Source: Candidatus Heimdallarchaeota archaeon (GTDB lineage Archaea; Asgardarchaeota; Heimdallarchaeia; Heimdallarchaeales; Heimdallarchaeaceae). From it: a stretch of 38,965 bases of DNA. Location of the stretch: positions 1 through 38,965 of the forward strand of contig JAEOSZ010000109.1 in the NCBI GenBank assembly GCA_016840095.1, given 5' to 3'. The position numbers were made by a program, and so were the translations under genes. The notes under the pieces are model-generated. The model was not told where the DNA came from. It was given only the letters and a program-made list of their open reading frames with translations, and ran no database searches. This document shows, piece by piece, positions 17,796 through 27,882 of the stretch (the stretch's first letter is position 1; every line of letters starts with the position of its first letter).

Positions 17796-18479
17796 ATGAT
17801 GGTACCTAACTCTAAAATTGATGGCAGAACACTCAAAAAAATGATGATTACTGCCGCTCATAATCTTGAGCAAACAAAAGAAGAAATAAACGCAATCAAT
17901 GTTTTTCCAATTCCTGATGGTGATACAGGAGTCAACTTATTTCTGACAATACGAACTGTAGTTGAACAGTTTGATGAATTTGATTCAACCTCTATTGCAG
18001 AAGCTGCACAACTCATTACAAAAGGTAGTTTCTTAGGAGCTAAGGGAAACTCAGGTGTAATTATTTCTCAATTCTTCCAAGGTTTCAGTTCTGAAATTGA
18101 AGAACATGACACAGTAGATATTGATATTTTTGCGAAAGCTCTAGCTGAAGGAAGCGAATGGGCTTACGATGCTGTCCTTCATCCTACTGAAGGAACCATT
18201 CTTACTGTAATTAAGGATACAGCAGCTGTTGCTAAATCCATTGTAGAAAAGGGTGGAGACTGGACAGAGATGATTACTGAAACATATTCAACTGCCGTCA
18301 AATCATTAGAGAACACTCCAAATCTACTACCAGTTTTGAAAGAAGCTGGCGTAGTTGATGCAGGAGCAAAAGGTTTTGTAAATGTCTGGCTGGGTTGGTG
18401 CTTCCAACTAATGGATAGCCTTGGTATAAAAATCGCACATATTGAAGAAGAAAACGAAAAACTTCAAAACGGGAATTAA
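17796..18479 (+). CDS. Standalone DAK2-domain protein (FakA/YloV N-terminal kinase domain type)
   Basis: INAINVFPIPDGDTGVNL, GAKGNSGVIISQ, EGTILTV, LPVLKEAGVVDAGAKG. ATG 17796/17799 preferred over TTG 17772. Confidence 0.9.
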   Translation: MMVPNSKIDGRTLKKMMITAAHNLEQTKEEINAINVFPIPDGDTGVNLFLTIRTVVEQFDEFDSTSIAEAAQLITKGSFLGAKGNSGVIISQFFQGFSSEIEEHDTVDIDIFAKALAEGSEWAYDAVLHPTEGTILTVIKDTAAVAKSIVEKGGDWTEMITETYSTAVKSLENTPNLLPVLKEAGVVDAGAKGFVNVWLGWCFQLMDSLGIKIAHIEEENEKLQNGN

Positions 18480-18537
18480 TTCCCACTTCAGTTTACTTAC
18501 GAATTTTAAAAATAAGAGAAGAATGATTTCACTTAAA

Positions 18538-20457
18538 TCATTCGAAATTTTCTATTTGCTTGATTACTTTACTAATGAAATTAGGAATCTTTACCCCAAA
18601 TTCAACTTTGTTTCCTCGAGACCTAACAGCAATTGTTTTAGATTCAATCTCTTTATCTCCAACATTAAGAATGTAAGGAACTTTGTTCACAGTAGCTTGT
18701 CGTATTTTATACTCCATCCTTTCTCCACTAAGGTCAGCTTCAGCTCTGATTCCCACTTCGAGTAATTTTTCAACAACATCTTTTGCATATTCGATGTGTT
18801 GATCAGTAATTGGTATTACTTCCACTTGAACTGGACTTAACCAAATGGGCATTTTTCCAGCATAGTTCTCTACAATTATTGCTAGAAATCTTTCCATTGC
18901 CCCGAAGATAGTTCGATGAATTACGAACGGTCTATGCTTTTGGCTATCCTCACCAATGTAATTAATATCAAATCGATCTGGGAGATTGAAATCTACTTGG
19001 ATAGTAGCAAGCTGCCATCTTCGACCTAGTGCATCCATAACATCTACATCAATTTTAGGACCATAGAAAGCTCCATCACCTTCCTTTATCTTGTAAGGAA
19101 GATTAGTTCTCTCAATGGCTCTCATTAATGAATTAGTTGCATGTTCCCAGCCTTCATCAGTTCCAATTGCTTTTTCAGGTCTAGTGCTAAGGAAATATTC
19201 CCATTTTTGAAAACCAAAGACTTTGTAAAAGAGTTCTACTAACTCGATTACTCGAACTATTTCATCTTCAAGTTGATTAGGTAGCATGAAGATATGAGCA
19301 TCATCTTGAGTAATGCTTCTGACTCTGAATAAACCGTGTAACGCTCCAGAAAGCTCATATCTATAAACAGTACCCATTTCACCAAATCTTACAGGTAGCT
19401 CTCGATAGGAATAAGCCTTACGATTATAAATCATCATATGTCCTGGACAGTTCATAGGTTTAACGTACCACTGCTCTCCTTTCATATCTACTGGAAACAT
19501 ATTCTCAATGAAATACTCTGTATGGCCACTTGTTTGCCACACATTTTCTTTGTAGATATGTGGTGTCTGCACTAGTTCATATCCAGCTTTTCTATGCTCT
19601 TTCTTCCAAAAATCTTTCAGAATATCAAGAATAACTGCACCTTTTGGATAAATAAGAGGCATACCTGGACCCCATTCATCTGCAGTACCAAATAGATCTA
19701 ATTGAGCACCTAATATTCTATGATCTCTTTTTTTTGCTTCTTCTAACATAGTCAAATGTTTTTTGAGTTGTTTCTCATTGCTAAATGCAACACCATAAAC
19801 TCTTTGTAGAGATTCTCTGCTAGCATCAGCTCTCCAGAAAGCTGAAGAAGCATCTAGGATTTTTATTGCTTTTATTCTTCCAGCAAAGGGAACATGTGGT
19901 CCTCGGCAAAGGTCTGTGAAATTTCCTTTTCCATGAGAATAGAAAGAAACTCTATCAACTTCTGTCTCTTTGAGAATTTCAACCTTGAATTTGTTCTTAT
20001 CAACCTCTTCATAATACTTTATTGCATCAGCAAGAGACATTTCATCTCTAACAAATTCAGAGTTCTCTTGAATAACCTCTTCAACCCTTTTCTGGATTCT
20101 TTCAATATCCTCCTGAGTAAATGGATTTTCTACAAAGAAATCATAATAAAATCCCACAGGATCAATACTTGGTCCTATTGTAGGTTTAGCATTTGGAAAT
20201 AAATCAACAACTGCTCCAGCCATGACATGAGCTGCGCTATGATTAAGAACATGTAATGCCTCTTCTGATTTTTCAGTTAATATTTCTAGTTTAACATCAG
20301 AGTTGATTACATAATTCAAATCTACTAAATCACCGTCAACTTTTCCTGCTAAAGCAGCTTCTGCAAGTCGAGGTCCAATTTCATTAGCAATATCTAAAAC
20401 AGTTTTTCCTTTAGATATTTCTAGTATACTTCCATCTGGTAACTCTATTTTAACCAT
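18538..20457 (-). CDS. thrS: Threonine--tRNA ligase, bacterial/eukaryotic architecture (TGS + N2 editing domain)
   Basis: TGS N-terminus (IELPDGS), HSAAHVM, DLCRGPH, RDHR, KPMNCPGH, YRYELSG, QDDAH, AFYGPKID, HRTIFG. GGTGA RBS. Confidence 0.97.
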   Translation of the reverse strand: MVKIELPDGSILEISKGKTVLDIANEIGPRLAEAALAGKVDGDLVDLNYVINSDVKLEILTEKSEEALHVLNHSAAHVMAGAVVDLFPNAKPTIGPSIDPVGFYYDFFVENPFTQEDIERIQKRVEEVIQENSEFVRDEMSLADAIKYYEEVDKNKFKVEILKETEVDRVSFYSHGKGNFTDLCRGPHVPFAGRIKAIKILDASSAFWRADASRESLQRVYGVAFSNEKQLKKHLTMLEEAKKRDHRILGAQLDLFGTADEWGPGMPLIYPKGAVILDILKDFWKKEHRKAGYELVQTPHIYKENVWQTSGHTEYFIENMFPVDMKGEQWYVKPMNCPGHMMIYNRKAYSYRELPVRFGEMGTVYRYELSGALHGLFRVRSITQDDAHIFMLPNQLEDEIVRVIELVELFYKVFGFQKWEYFLSTRPEKAIGTDEGWEHATNSLMRAIERTNLPYKIKEGDGAFYGPKIDVDVMDALGRRWQLATIQVDFNLPDRFDINYIGEDSQKHRPFVIHRTIFGAMERFLAIIVENYAGKMPIWLSPVQVEVIPITDQHIEYAKDVVEKLLEVGIRAEADLSGERMEYKIRQATVNKVPYILNVGDKEIESKTIAVRSRGNKVEFGVKIPNFISKVIKQIENFE

Positions 20458-20735
20458 ATTATCACCTGTAAAATATTATTCAATTTGTTCAGGAGGACTT
20501 TTCTTCTTAACAGTAGGGATATTAAAAAACCGCTATATAATTGTTTCATATTCACCTAACATTGTCCTCAATTGAAAATAGGTCAAAAGCATTTAAAAAA
20601 CTTATTACTTTCTCAATTTTTTGGTCTCAATCATACTTTTCGTTTAAGGATATATTTTAATTAGCACAAAGTTAATAACCGACTACAATTCCCAAAATTC
20701 TAACTAAGAAAAGTAATTCTTTGTAAGAACATTAG

Positions 20736-22370
20736 ATGATTAAAATGAAGAGAAAACACTTCGCTAGTCTTTCGATATTTCAGATAATGGCTATGTTTCG
20801 TAGAGGTATTTTCTACTTCTTTCTTAGTATCTATTTGAAAGAATTCTTAGGTGTTTCAAACACAGAGATGACTCTTTTCGCAACTCTACCTATGATTGCA
20901 AACATATTTGCACAATCTGCTATTTGGGGGAGAATTTCTGATAAATTTAAGAAAAGAAGACTTTTGATTGTTTTTGGAGAAGTGTTCGCAGCTGTTGGCT
21001 ATCTATTAGTTTTCTGGATTCACAATGTTGTGAACAAAGGAAAAGCTGGAATTGGTCACATTAGTGATGTGTTGTTTTCTCAGTCAGAAGTATTAGGATT
21101 ACTTGATACAGCATCTACTTATGATGCTAGTTTCATTCCGAAGATCCTTCAAACTTCAGCTTATATCATAATATTTGGTTTCACAATAATTGAAGCAGGG
21201 TGGAGTAGTAGTAATTTAGGTTGGACAACACTAATTGCTGATCTAACAAGAGAATCAGAAAGAAGCAAAATTATGGGTCTTTTACAGTTTATTGGGGGCA
21301 TAGGGAATGTTCTTGGAGTAACTGCAAGTGGTTTCTTATATCAAGATGGATTTGGTTTTTGGCTAGGAAATTTATTCTATGTCTCTTCAGGCATAATGAT
21401 TTTCAGCATCATCGCTCTATTTCTGATACCTGAATCTTATGCTGATCTTGAGGAAGATTATTTCAAAGATGGTGAACAAAAAAAGAGTCAGTTAGCAATT
21501 GAAGATAGAAAAACGAAAAAGGAAATTAAATCAGATTGGCCATTAAGACTGTTTATCTGGCTGGTAGTTGTGCTTGCAATTGTGAATATTGGAGGTAATA
21601 GCATAAATCAAATGATTCAAATTCATGTTAGACTTCCCAATACTTTCAGAGCATCAGATTCTGTTGTTGCGGGATTACGGAATGCGAGCAGCATTGCAAT
21701 GATTATTGGGGGTTTAGTTATTGGATTTCTTACTAGTAGATTTGGAGATGGAAATATGCTTCTTGCAGGTTTTCTATTTGCTTTCATAGGAACAATTCTT
21801 CTGCCATTAGTACCATCAATTGCTATTTTCTTTGTTTATATGGTATTGAAAGGCACTTCAAGAGTATGGATACAAACAACTGCATATTCAATGGTAAATA
21901 GAGTTGTACCACTTGAAAAAAGAGGAAGAATGATGGGGTACTATAATGCAGCATTTTATCTTTCTTGGGGAATGGGTGGAACTCTAATAACAGGTCCAAT
22001 AGCAGATGCCATAGTTAATTCTAATTTTGTAATAATTCTTATCTATACTGTAATAAGTTTGATAGTTTTAGGAATTCTATTCTACTTACTAGTAGATAAA
22101 CTAACAAAGTTGAAACTGAAAAGAAAAGCTATCTTCTTCTCATCTGTTGGTATTTTTACTTCAGGATTAGCAGTTTTAATAGTTTTTACTTCTAAGCCAA
22201 TTACAAGTTGGTTGATAAATTCTGGAAATACAGATTCTTATGCTTACAAAATCACATTTTATGTAGCTGCTATATTGATAGCAATTGGAATTATAGTTTA
22301 CACTTTATTCAGACCTAAGAATTTTAATTATTTAATAAAAAGCAATAACAATATGCTAGGTGATCAATAA
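20736..22370 (+). CDS. MFS transporter
   Basis: WGRISDKFKKRR motif A, ADLT..ERSKIMG, KRGRMMG. At least 12 TM segments, with extra hydrophobic segments near the C-terminus. Confidence 0.88.
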   Translation: MIKMKRKHFASLSIFQIMAMFRRGIFYFFLSIYLKEFLGVSNTEMTLFATLPMIANIFAQSAIWGRISDKFKKRRLLIVFGEVFAAVGYLLVFWIHNVVNKGKAGIGHISDVLFSQSEVLGLLDTASTYDASFIPKILQTSAYIIIFGFTIIEAGWSSSNLGWTTLIADLTRESERSKIMGLLQFIGGIGNVLGVTASGFLYQDGFGFWLGNLFYVSSGIMIFSIIALFLIPESYADLEEDYFKDGEQKKSQLAIEDRKTKKEIKSDWPLRLFIWLVVVLAIVNIGGNSINQMIQIHVRLPNTFRASDSVVAGLRNASSIAMIIGGLVIGFLTSRFGDGNMLLAGFLFAFIGTILLPLVPSIAIFFVYMVLKGTSRVWIQTTAYSMVNRVVPLEKRGRMMGYYNAAFYLSWGMGGTLITGPIADAIVNSNFVIILIYTVISLIVLGILFYLLVDKLTKLKLKRKAIFFSSVGIFTSGLAVLIVFTSKPITSWLINSGNTDSYAYKITFYVAAILIAIGIIVYTLFRPKNFNYLIKSNNNMLGDQ

Positions 22371-23161
22371 TGCTTGTAGGAAGAGTTAAACACAATAATA
22401 GAATCTTTTCGGTTATCTTTGATAATTATGAAAACATTGTTTATGAAATATTTGCAGAAATAGAAGAAATTTTGGAGACTATTAAATCTGATATCGATAT
22501 AAGCTCAAAGGGTATTCCAGTTTCTGAAGTAGAAATTCTAATACCAACCAAACCATCAAAGATTGTAGGAATTGGGAGAAATTATGTAGGTCATGTTAAA
22601 GAATTGGGCAGTCAAATACCTGATGAGCCTGTTATCTTTTTCAAACCACCAAGTAGTTTAATCCCCAATAAAGGTGAAGTAATTTATCCTACTCTGACTG
22701 AAAGATTGGAATACGAAGGTGAACTAGCTTTGGTAATGAGAAGACAAACCAAGAATGTTTCAGCTGCTGAAGTAAAATTGAATCCTCAATTCTATTTTGG
22801 TTATACATCTTTTCTAGATATGACTGCAAGAGACATCCAGAAAATGGAGGAAGTATGGTCTAAATCTAAAGGGTTTGATACATTTGGTCCTATAGGTCCT
22901 TGGATAAATTTAGATCCCCTTCCTGAGTCACTGAAGATTAGAACATTCCTTAATGATGAAATATGTCAGGATGATGACATTGTAAATATGATATTCAAAC
23001 CAGAGAAAATAGTTGAATACGTATCTCAATATATGACTCTGGAAATTGGTGACATTATTATTACAGGAACCCCAGAAGGAGTAGGTCAAGTTAAGGAAGG
23101 AGACAGGATACGTTTAGAAATTTCGACATTAGAAACTCTTGAAGTAGTAATAACAAAATAA
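22370..23161 (+). CDS. Fumarylacetoacetate hydrolase family protein
   Basis: KIVGIGRNY..H, FFKPPSS, EYEGEL, DMTARDIQ, KGFDTFGPIGP, GDIIITGTPEGVG. Confidence 0.93.
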   Translation: MLVGRVKHNNRIFSVIFDNYENIVYEIFAEIEEILETIKSDIDISSKGIPVSEVEILIPTKPSKIVGIGRNYVGHVKELGSQIPDEPVIFFKPPSSLIPNKGEVIYPTLTERLEYEGELALVMRRQTKNVSAAEVKLNPQFYFGYTSFLDMTARDIQKMEEVWSKSKGFDTFGPIGPWINLDPLPESLKIRTFLNDEICQDDDIVNMIFKPEKIVEYVSQYMTLEIGDIIITGTPEGVGQVKEGDRIRLEISTLETLEVVITK

Positions 23162-23165
23162 AAGA

Positions 23166-24155
23166 CTACTCTATAAAATCATATTCATCAATTTTTGGGC
23201 TCTTTTGTTGAATCATCTTTGTTAAGAGTTCATCTCCTTCTGCTTTAACAATTCGCAGAGGGATTTTAGGGAATTTACTGTGGTTAGAAATGATTCTAGT
23301 TTCCATAGATATTGTGGCTTTAATATCATCTAATAGTGCGGTTAGAGCTGCTTGAGTACCTACATTTTTAGACCCTGCACACAGAATTATTACTTTTGAT
23401 TTATCCCAAGGATTTGGTAAAAGTGCTAGTAATCCTGAGAGTAGACCAATTGGAGATTCTTCACTGTAAGTTATATCTGTTAACTTACTATAGATATTCT
23501 TACTTGATGGTGTAAGAAATTTAATAGGTAAACTCTCACCATATAGTTCAATTATCTCCGAAGTAATTCTATTTACAGCACCCGAACCTATTACTAATAA
23601 GTTCTCATTCTTAGCATGTCCAGCTTGATAATCCAGTAATGATTTTATTTTAATATTATCAATTGGAATTTTTTTATTCCTGTAACCCCAGTATGACAGC
23701 ATTTGTGAAATCTCAGGAATATTGAGCCCGTCTATAGTATTTGCAGCTTCAGTCATCCATGATCCAAATACAATTGTTAGTTGGAGGGTATCTCCAATAA
23801 TTAAGCATTCAGGGAAATCATCCCATGTACATTCAAAATCGAGAGCAAGTGTAGAAGGCCTTTCAAGATCTTGAAATTCTTGGAGAAGATTACGGAAAAA
23901 ATCACCAGAAATAACCTCTTGATTTGGTGAATAGAATACTCTGGTTGAACCTCCGAATTTAACCTCTCGTTTTACTATCAGACCTAACTCTGTTAGTCGA
24001 TCTAAAATATTATAGAGAGTACTTCGATTAGTTATTGGAAGATTGTCCAATAGTTCTGCTGCTGAAACAGCTTTGGAGAATGAAATAATCTGTGATAAAA
24101 CCATTCTTCTTGAAGTATCAGAGAGATAATCTCGAATTTCTTCTTGTTCAACCAT
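23166..24155 (-). CDS. Winged-HTH transcriptional regulator with uncharacterised C-terminal alpha/beta domain
   Basis: ArsR-like wHTH (RSTLYNILDRLTELGLIVKRE...RVFYS). C-terminal domain with NLLVIGSGAVN and PNPWDKSKVIILCAG..GTQAA. Confidence 0.75.
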   Translation of the reverse strand: MVEQEEIRDYLSDTSRRMVLSQIISFSKAVSAAELLDNLPITNRSTLYNILDRLTELGLIVKREVKFGGSTRVFYSPNQEVISGDFFRNLLQEFQDLERPSTLALDFECTWDDFPECLIIGDTLQLTIVFGSWMTEAANTIDGLNIPEISQMLSYWGYRNKKIPIDNIKIKSLLDYQAGHAKNENLLVIGSGAVNRITSEIIELYGESLPIKFLTPSSKNIYSKLTDITYSEESPIGLLSGLLALLPNPWDKSKVIILCAGSKNVGTQAALTALLDDIKATISMETRIISNHSKFPKIPLRIVKAEGDELLTKMIQQKSPKIDEYDFIE

Positions 24156-24259
24156 ACAATTTACTTTATCGGCATTCTATCTAAATATTACTAAAGAATC
24201 GTTAAAACCTCTTTGAGACATGAACTGAAATATTAAAAACAAGCTTTGAAATACATTCT

Positions 24260-25405
24260 ATGAGTAAAATGCAGATAACAGAAAACGATGTTATACCAAT
24301 TTTAAAACGGTTAGTGCAAATAAAAACAGAAAATCCTCCAGGAACAACTATTGAAGCAGTTGAGTATCTAGTTGAAGTATTTCAACAAACTGGAATTGAA
24401 TGTCAAATTCAAGAATATGCTGAGGGAAGAGCAAATATCATTGCAGAATATGGAGATGCAAGTGAAACAATAATTCTAACAGGTCATTTAGATACTGTCC
24501 CTGCAGGAAATGAAGAGAAGTGGAAATTTCCCCCATTTGAAGCAAAAGAGGATGAAGGAAGGATATATGGTAGAGGAACTACAGATATGAAAGGTGCAGT
24601 TGCAGCTTTTGTAGCTGTTGTAAAGAAACTCAAAGAGAATCAAGTAAAATTGAGTAAAAAAATTATCTTTCTTGGAACAGCTGATGAGGAAATAGGGATG
24701 GATGGGTCTCAAGAAGCAAAGAGAAATGGCATTATGGAAGGTTGCGTTTTTGTTGTTATAGGAGAGCCCACAGAATTACAAGTAGGAATTGCAGAAAAAG
24801 GAACTTTATGGGTAATTATTAAGATTAAAGGAGAATCAGCACACGGTTCAACTCCACATCTAGGGATTAATGCAATAGAAGGAGCAGCTAAATTAATTCC
24901 AAAAATGAAGGAAATTATTCCTGATCTTGAACATGAGATTCTAGGAAAATCAACCTTGAATATTGGTAAAATTGCAGGAGGTACATTGATCAATGTTGTA
25001 CCTGAATATTGTGAATTTAGATGTGATTATAGATTAGTCTCAGATAGTCTAAGAGAGAGAGTAAAAAATAGCTTGCAAATTATAATAGAAGAGTTCAATA
25101 GAGACAATAAAGCACAAGTAGAAATGGAAATAATTCATGAGATTCCAGCTATTGAATTAACCAAAAGAGATCAATTTTTCGAAACATTAAAACAAAAAGC
25201 CATAGAAGCAGGTAAAAGCGAAATTATAGGTGTGAATTATGGAACAGATGGTGCAATGTTAGTTCCTGAATATGATACTCCTTTCGTGATTATGGGACCT
25301 GGTAAACTTGATCAATTACATGTAACTGATGAATATACAGAAAAACAAGAAGTCTTAGATTATGCAAATATAATATATGATGTATTAGTTGAGAATTTTG
25401 GATAA
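24260..25405 (+). CDS. M20 family metallohydrolase (ArgE/DapE-like)
   Basis: GHLDTVP, GRGTTDMKG, DEE, GEPT, AHGS.P, TDG, GPG...HVTDEY. Confidence 0.93.
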   Translation: MSKMQITENDVIPILKRLVQIKTENPPGTTIEAVEYLVEVFQQTGIECQIQEYAEGRANIIAEYGDASETIILTGHLDTVPAGNEEKWKFPPFEAKEDEGRIYGRGTTDMKGAVAAFVAVVKKLKENQVKLSKKIIFLGTADEEIGMDGSQEAKRNGIMEGCVFVVIGEPTELQVGIAEKGTLWVIIKIKGESAHGSTPHLGINAIEGAAKLIPKMKEIIPDLEHEILGKSTLNIGKIAGGTLINVVPEYCEFRCDYRLVSDSLRERVKNSLQIIIEEFNRDNKAQVEMEIIHEIPAIELTKRDQFFETLKQKAIEAGKSEIIGVNYGTDGAMLVPEYDTPFVIMGPGKLDQLHVTDEYTEKQEVLDYANIIYDVLVENFG

Positions 25406-25496
25406 TCATTACTCTATCTTTCCTTTTTACTTCTGTAAATGGAAAGCTTTTAATGAAATGTAGTCCATATTTTTTCGGAGAAAATCAGGGGTATAA

Positions 25497-26351
25497 ATGA
25501 ATCCAAGTAATGATATTTCTGAAAATTTTAAAGAAAAAAGACAAAGAAAGGAAGAAATAGCAAAATCCTTCTTAGAAGAAACATATTCAATATCAAAATC
25601 AGATTCTGCTATAATCAAAACTGTTGAAGATGCAGTTTTAGAGTGTCTCAACTATGGTTGGGAAATAGATTCAATGCTTGAAGATGATAAAATATCTCCA
25701 TATGAGTTTGATCAGATTTCGTCGCATTTAGAAAAATTAGGAACTGTGACTAAAAAATTGGAAGAAAATGATGAGGACAACTATAAAGCTGTGAACAAAA
25801 TTCTCATGATTTACGATTGTTTGAGGGAAATAATAAGTGAGGTACAATATACTGTCGATGTAAAGTTAGGGCTTGGAAACATGCCTCTACCTAAAAATGA
25901 AAAGGGATATGTTGTTGAAGAAGAAACCTATCTAAGTAATCTAGAATATCTGATTGAAAACTTGGAACAAAGGAAGATAGATTCAGAAGAACAAATATCA
26001 AAGTTAGAAAGAGAGATATTAAAAGCCATTAAAACAATTGGGATGATTGATAAAGAGATAACAATGAATGTGTTATACATCAGGCCCACTTTCTACATGA
26101 AGGAGATTATTGATTCTGTTGAAGTTTTACGAGCAGCGATTGAGCCTATACATACTCTGATAAAAGGTTATTATTTCAGAGAGGAGATAAAGAGTGCAAA
26201 AATAGGTATTAGTTTGATGTCTGAAGATAAGAGTCTAAATGTTGGGGATGCCATTAAAATAAGAGGGCTGTTTAGTAGAGTAAAAGGATTAGGATCTTTA
26301 GAAAAACTAAGCCGAACATTGAAAACAGTCGATAATGAAAATTCTGATTAG
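25497..26351 (+). CDS. Hypothetical protein, helical/coiled-coil
   Basis: 284-aa ORF filling the gap between M20 and TldD with normal composition. No family recognised. Confidence 0.7.
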   Translation: MNPSNDISENFKEKRQRKEEIAKSFLEETYSISKSDSAIIKTVEDAVLECLNYGWEIDSMLEDDKISPYEFDQISSHLEKLGTVTKKLEENDEDNYKAVNKILMIYDCLREIISEVQYTVDVKLGLGNMPLPKNEKGYVVEEETYLSNLEYLIENLEQRKIDSEEQISKLEREILKAIKTIGMIDKEITMNVLYIRPTFYMKEIIDSVEVLRAAIEPIHTLIKGYYFREEIKSAKIGISLMSEDKSLNVGDAIKIRGLFSRVKGLGSLEKLSRTLKTVDNENSD

Positions 26352-26394
26352 ATTTTTAGAAAAAGATTTTTAACAAGAGTATAGATTTGAAATT

Positions 26395-27867
26395 ATGCAA
26401 GAGGCTTCTGAAAATATTTCTGATTTAGTTGCTTATGGAATCAAATGCTGTAGTGAAAAGGGAGTGGAGTATGCAGATGTTAAGTACATGCATACTGAAA
26501 TGGAAAATATCACTTTCAAAAATAAAACTCTAGATAGATTGGATCGAATTGATAAGAAAGGAATTGGTATCCGATGTATTATGAATAAGAGCTGGGGTTT
26601 TGCTAGTACAAATGAATTAACAAGGGATAAAATCACTGAATTGGCAGCACTAGCAGTAAAATTAGCAAAGGCTTCCTCATTAGTGAAAAAATTTGATATT
26701 GTACTTGCAGAAGAACCTATTTACGAGGATAAAGTACAAACTCCTGTAAAGAAGGACCCGTTTGAAGTTGAACTAAAGGAAAAAGTGGAAATTCTAGAAG
26801 AATGCTCTAAGAGAGCTAAAGATTATTCTGAAACAATCAAAGTTGCCTCAAGCCATTATGTAGGCAGAAAAGATCATATGATACTCCACACAACAGAAGG
26901 ATCAAAAATAGATCAAACAATTATTTGGTGTGGAGGTGGAGTAGCATCTACTGCTGTTGAAGGAGGAGAATCTCAAACAAGAAGCTTACCAGCTAGTTTT
27001 AGAGGTGATTTTCATACTGAAGGCTACGAATATTTTGAAGGTCTTAAGCTATTAGATGTTTCTGAACAAACAGCCAAAGAGGCAATTCAATTACTGAAGG
27101 CTAAGAAAATGCCAAGTGGTGATTCTACCATCATTCTCGGTCATTCGCAATTAGCTCTTCAGGTTCATGAAAGCTGTGGTCACCCAACAGAGTTAGACAG
27201 AGCAATTGGATATGAAGCAGCTTATGCAGGAACCAGTTTTCTAGTACCAGAACTAATCGGAACTGGTTTCAAATACGGAAATGAATTAGTTAACATGGTA
27301 GCAGATGCAACAATTCCTGGAGGTTTAGGTCATTTCTATTACGATCATGAAGGAGTAAAAGCACAGCGTACGATTATGGTCGATAAAGGAATATTTACTA
27401 ATTTCATGTCTTCAAGAGAAACTGCTACAGCTATCGGTCAAAGTCGCAGTTCAGGAGCCGCAAGATCTATGGGATACGATAGAATTCCACTTGTAAGAAT
27501 GACCAATGTAAATTTAGAACCGGGTGAGTGGGACTTTGATGAACTTATAGCTGATACAAGAGATGGTTATTTCTTAGATACAAACAGAAGTTGGAGCATA
27601 GATGACATTAGGATGAACTTCCAATTTGGAACCGAAATAGGTTGGAGAATAGAAAAAGGGGAAATGACTGAAATGGTCAAGAATCCTACCTATGAAGGTA
27701 TCACTCCCGAATTCTGGGGAAACGTAAGTGGTATATGTAATAAAAAACATTGGGAGATTTTTGGCACACCAAACTGTGGAAAAGGAGAACCGGGTCAAGC
27801 AGCTTATGTAGGTCATGGAATTGCTCCTACAAGATTTGAAAATGTTAGAATAGGGATTTTAAAATAA
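26395..27867 (+). CDS. tldD: TldD family metalloprotease
   Basis: HESCGH zinc motif, YDHEG, RMTNVNLEPG, NCGKGEPGQ...GHG. Confidence 0.93.
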   Translation: MQEASENISDLVAYGIKCCSEKGVEYADVKYMHTEMENITFKNKTLDRLDRIDKKGIGIRCIMNKSWGFASTNELTRDKITELAALAVKLAKASSLVKKFDIVLAEEPIYEDKVQTPVKKDPFEVELKEKVEILEECSKRAKDYSETIKVASSHYVGRKDHMILHTTEGSKIDQTIIWCGGGVASTAVEGGESQTRSLPASFRGDFHTEGYEYFEGLKLLDVSEQTAKEAIQLLKAKKMPSGDSTIILGHSQLALQVHESCGHPTELDRAIGYEAAYAGTSFLVPELIGTGFKYGNELVNMVADATIPGGLGHFYYDHEGVKAQRTIMVDKGIFTNFMSSRETATAIGQSRSSGAARSMGYDRIPLVRMTNVNLEPGEWDFDELIADTRDGYFLDTNRSWSIDDIRMNFQFGTEIGWRIEKGEMTEMVKNPTYEGITPEFWGNVSGICNKKHWEIFGTPNCGKGEPGQAAYVGHGIAPTRFENVRIGILK

Positions 27868-27882
27868 ACTATGAAATGAGTT

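Noticed and set aside
18442-18765. Frameshifted continuation of DAK2 into a FakA C-terminal domain
   Set aside because: The 107-aa ORF is antisense to thrS, rich in Phe/Ser/Asn, and not FakA-like.
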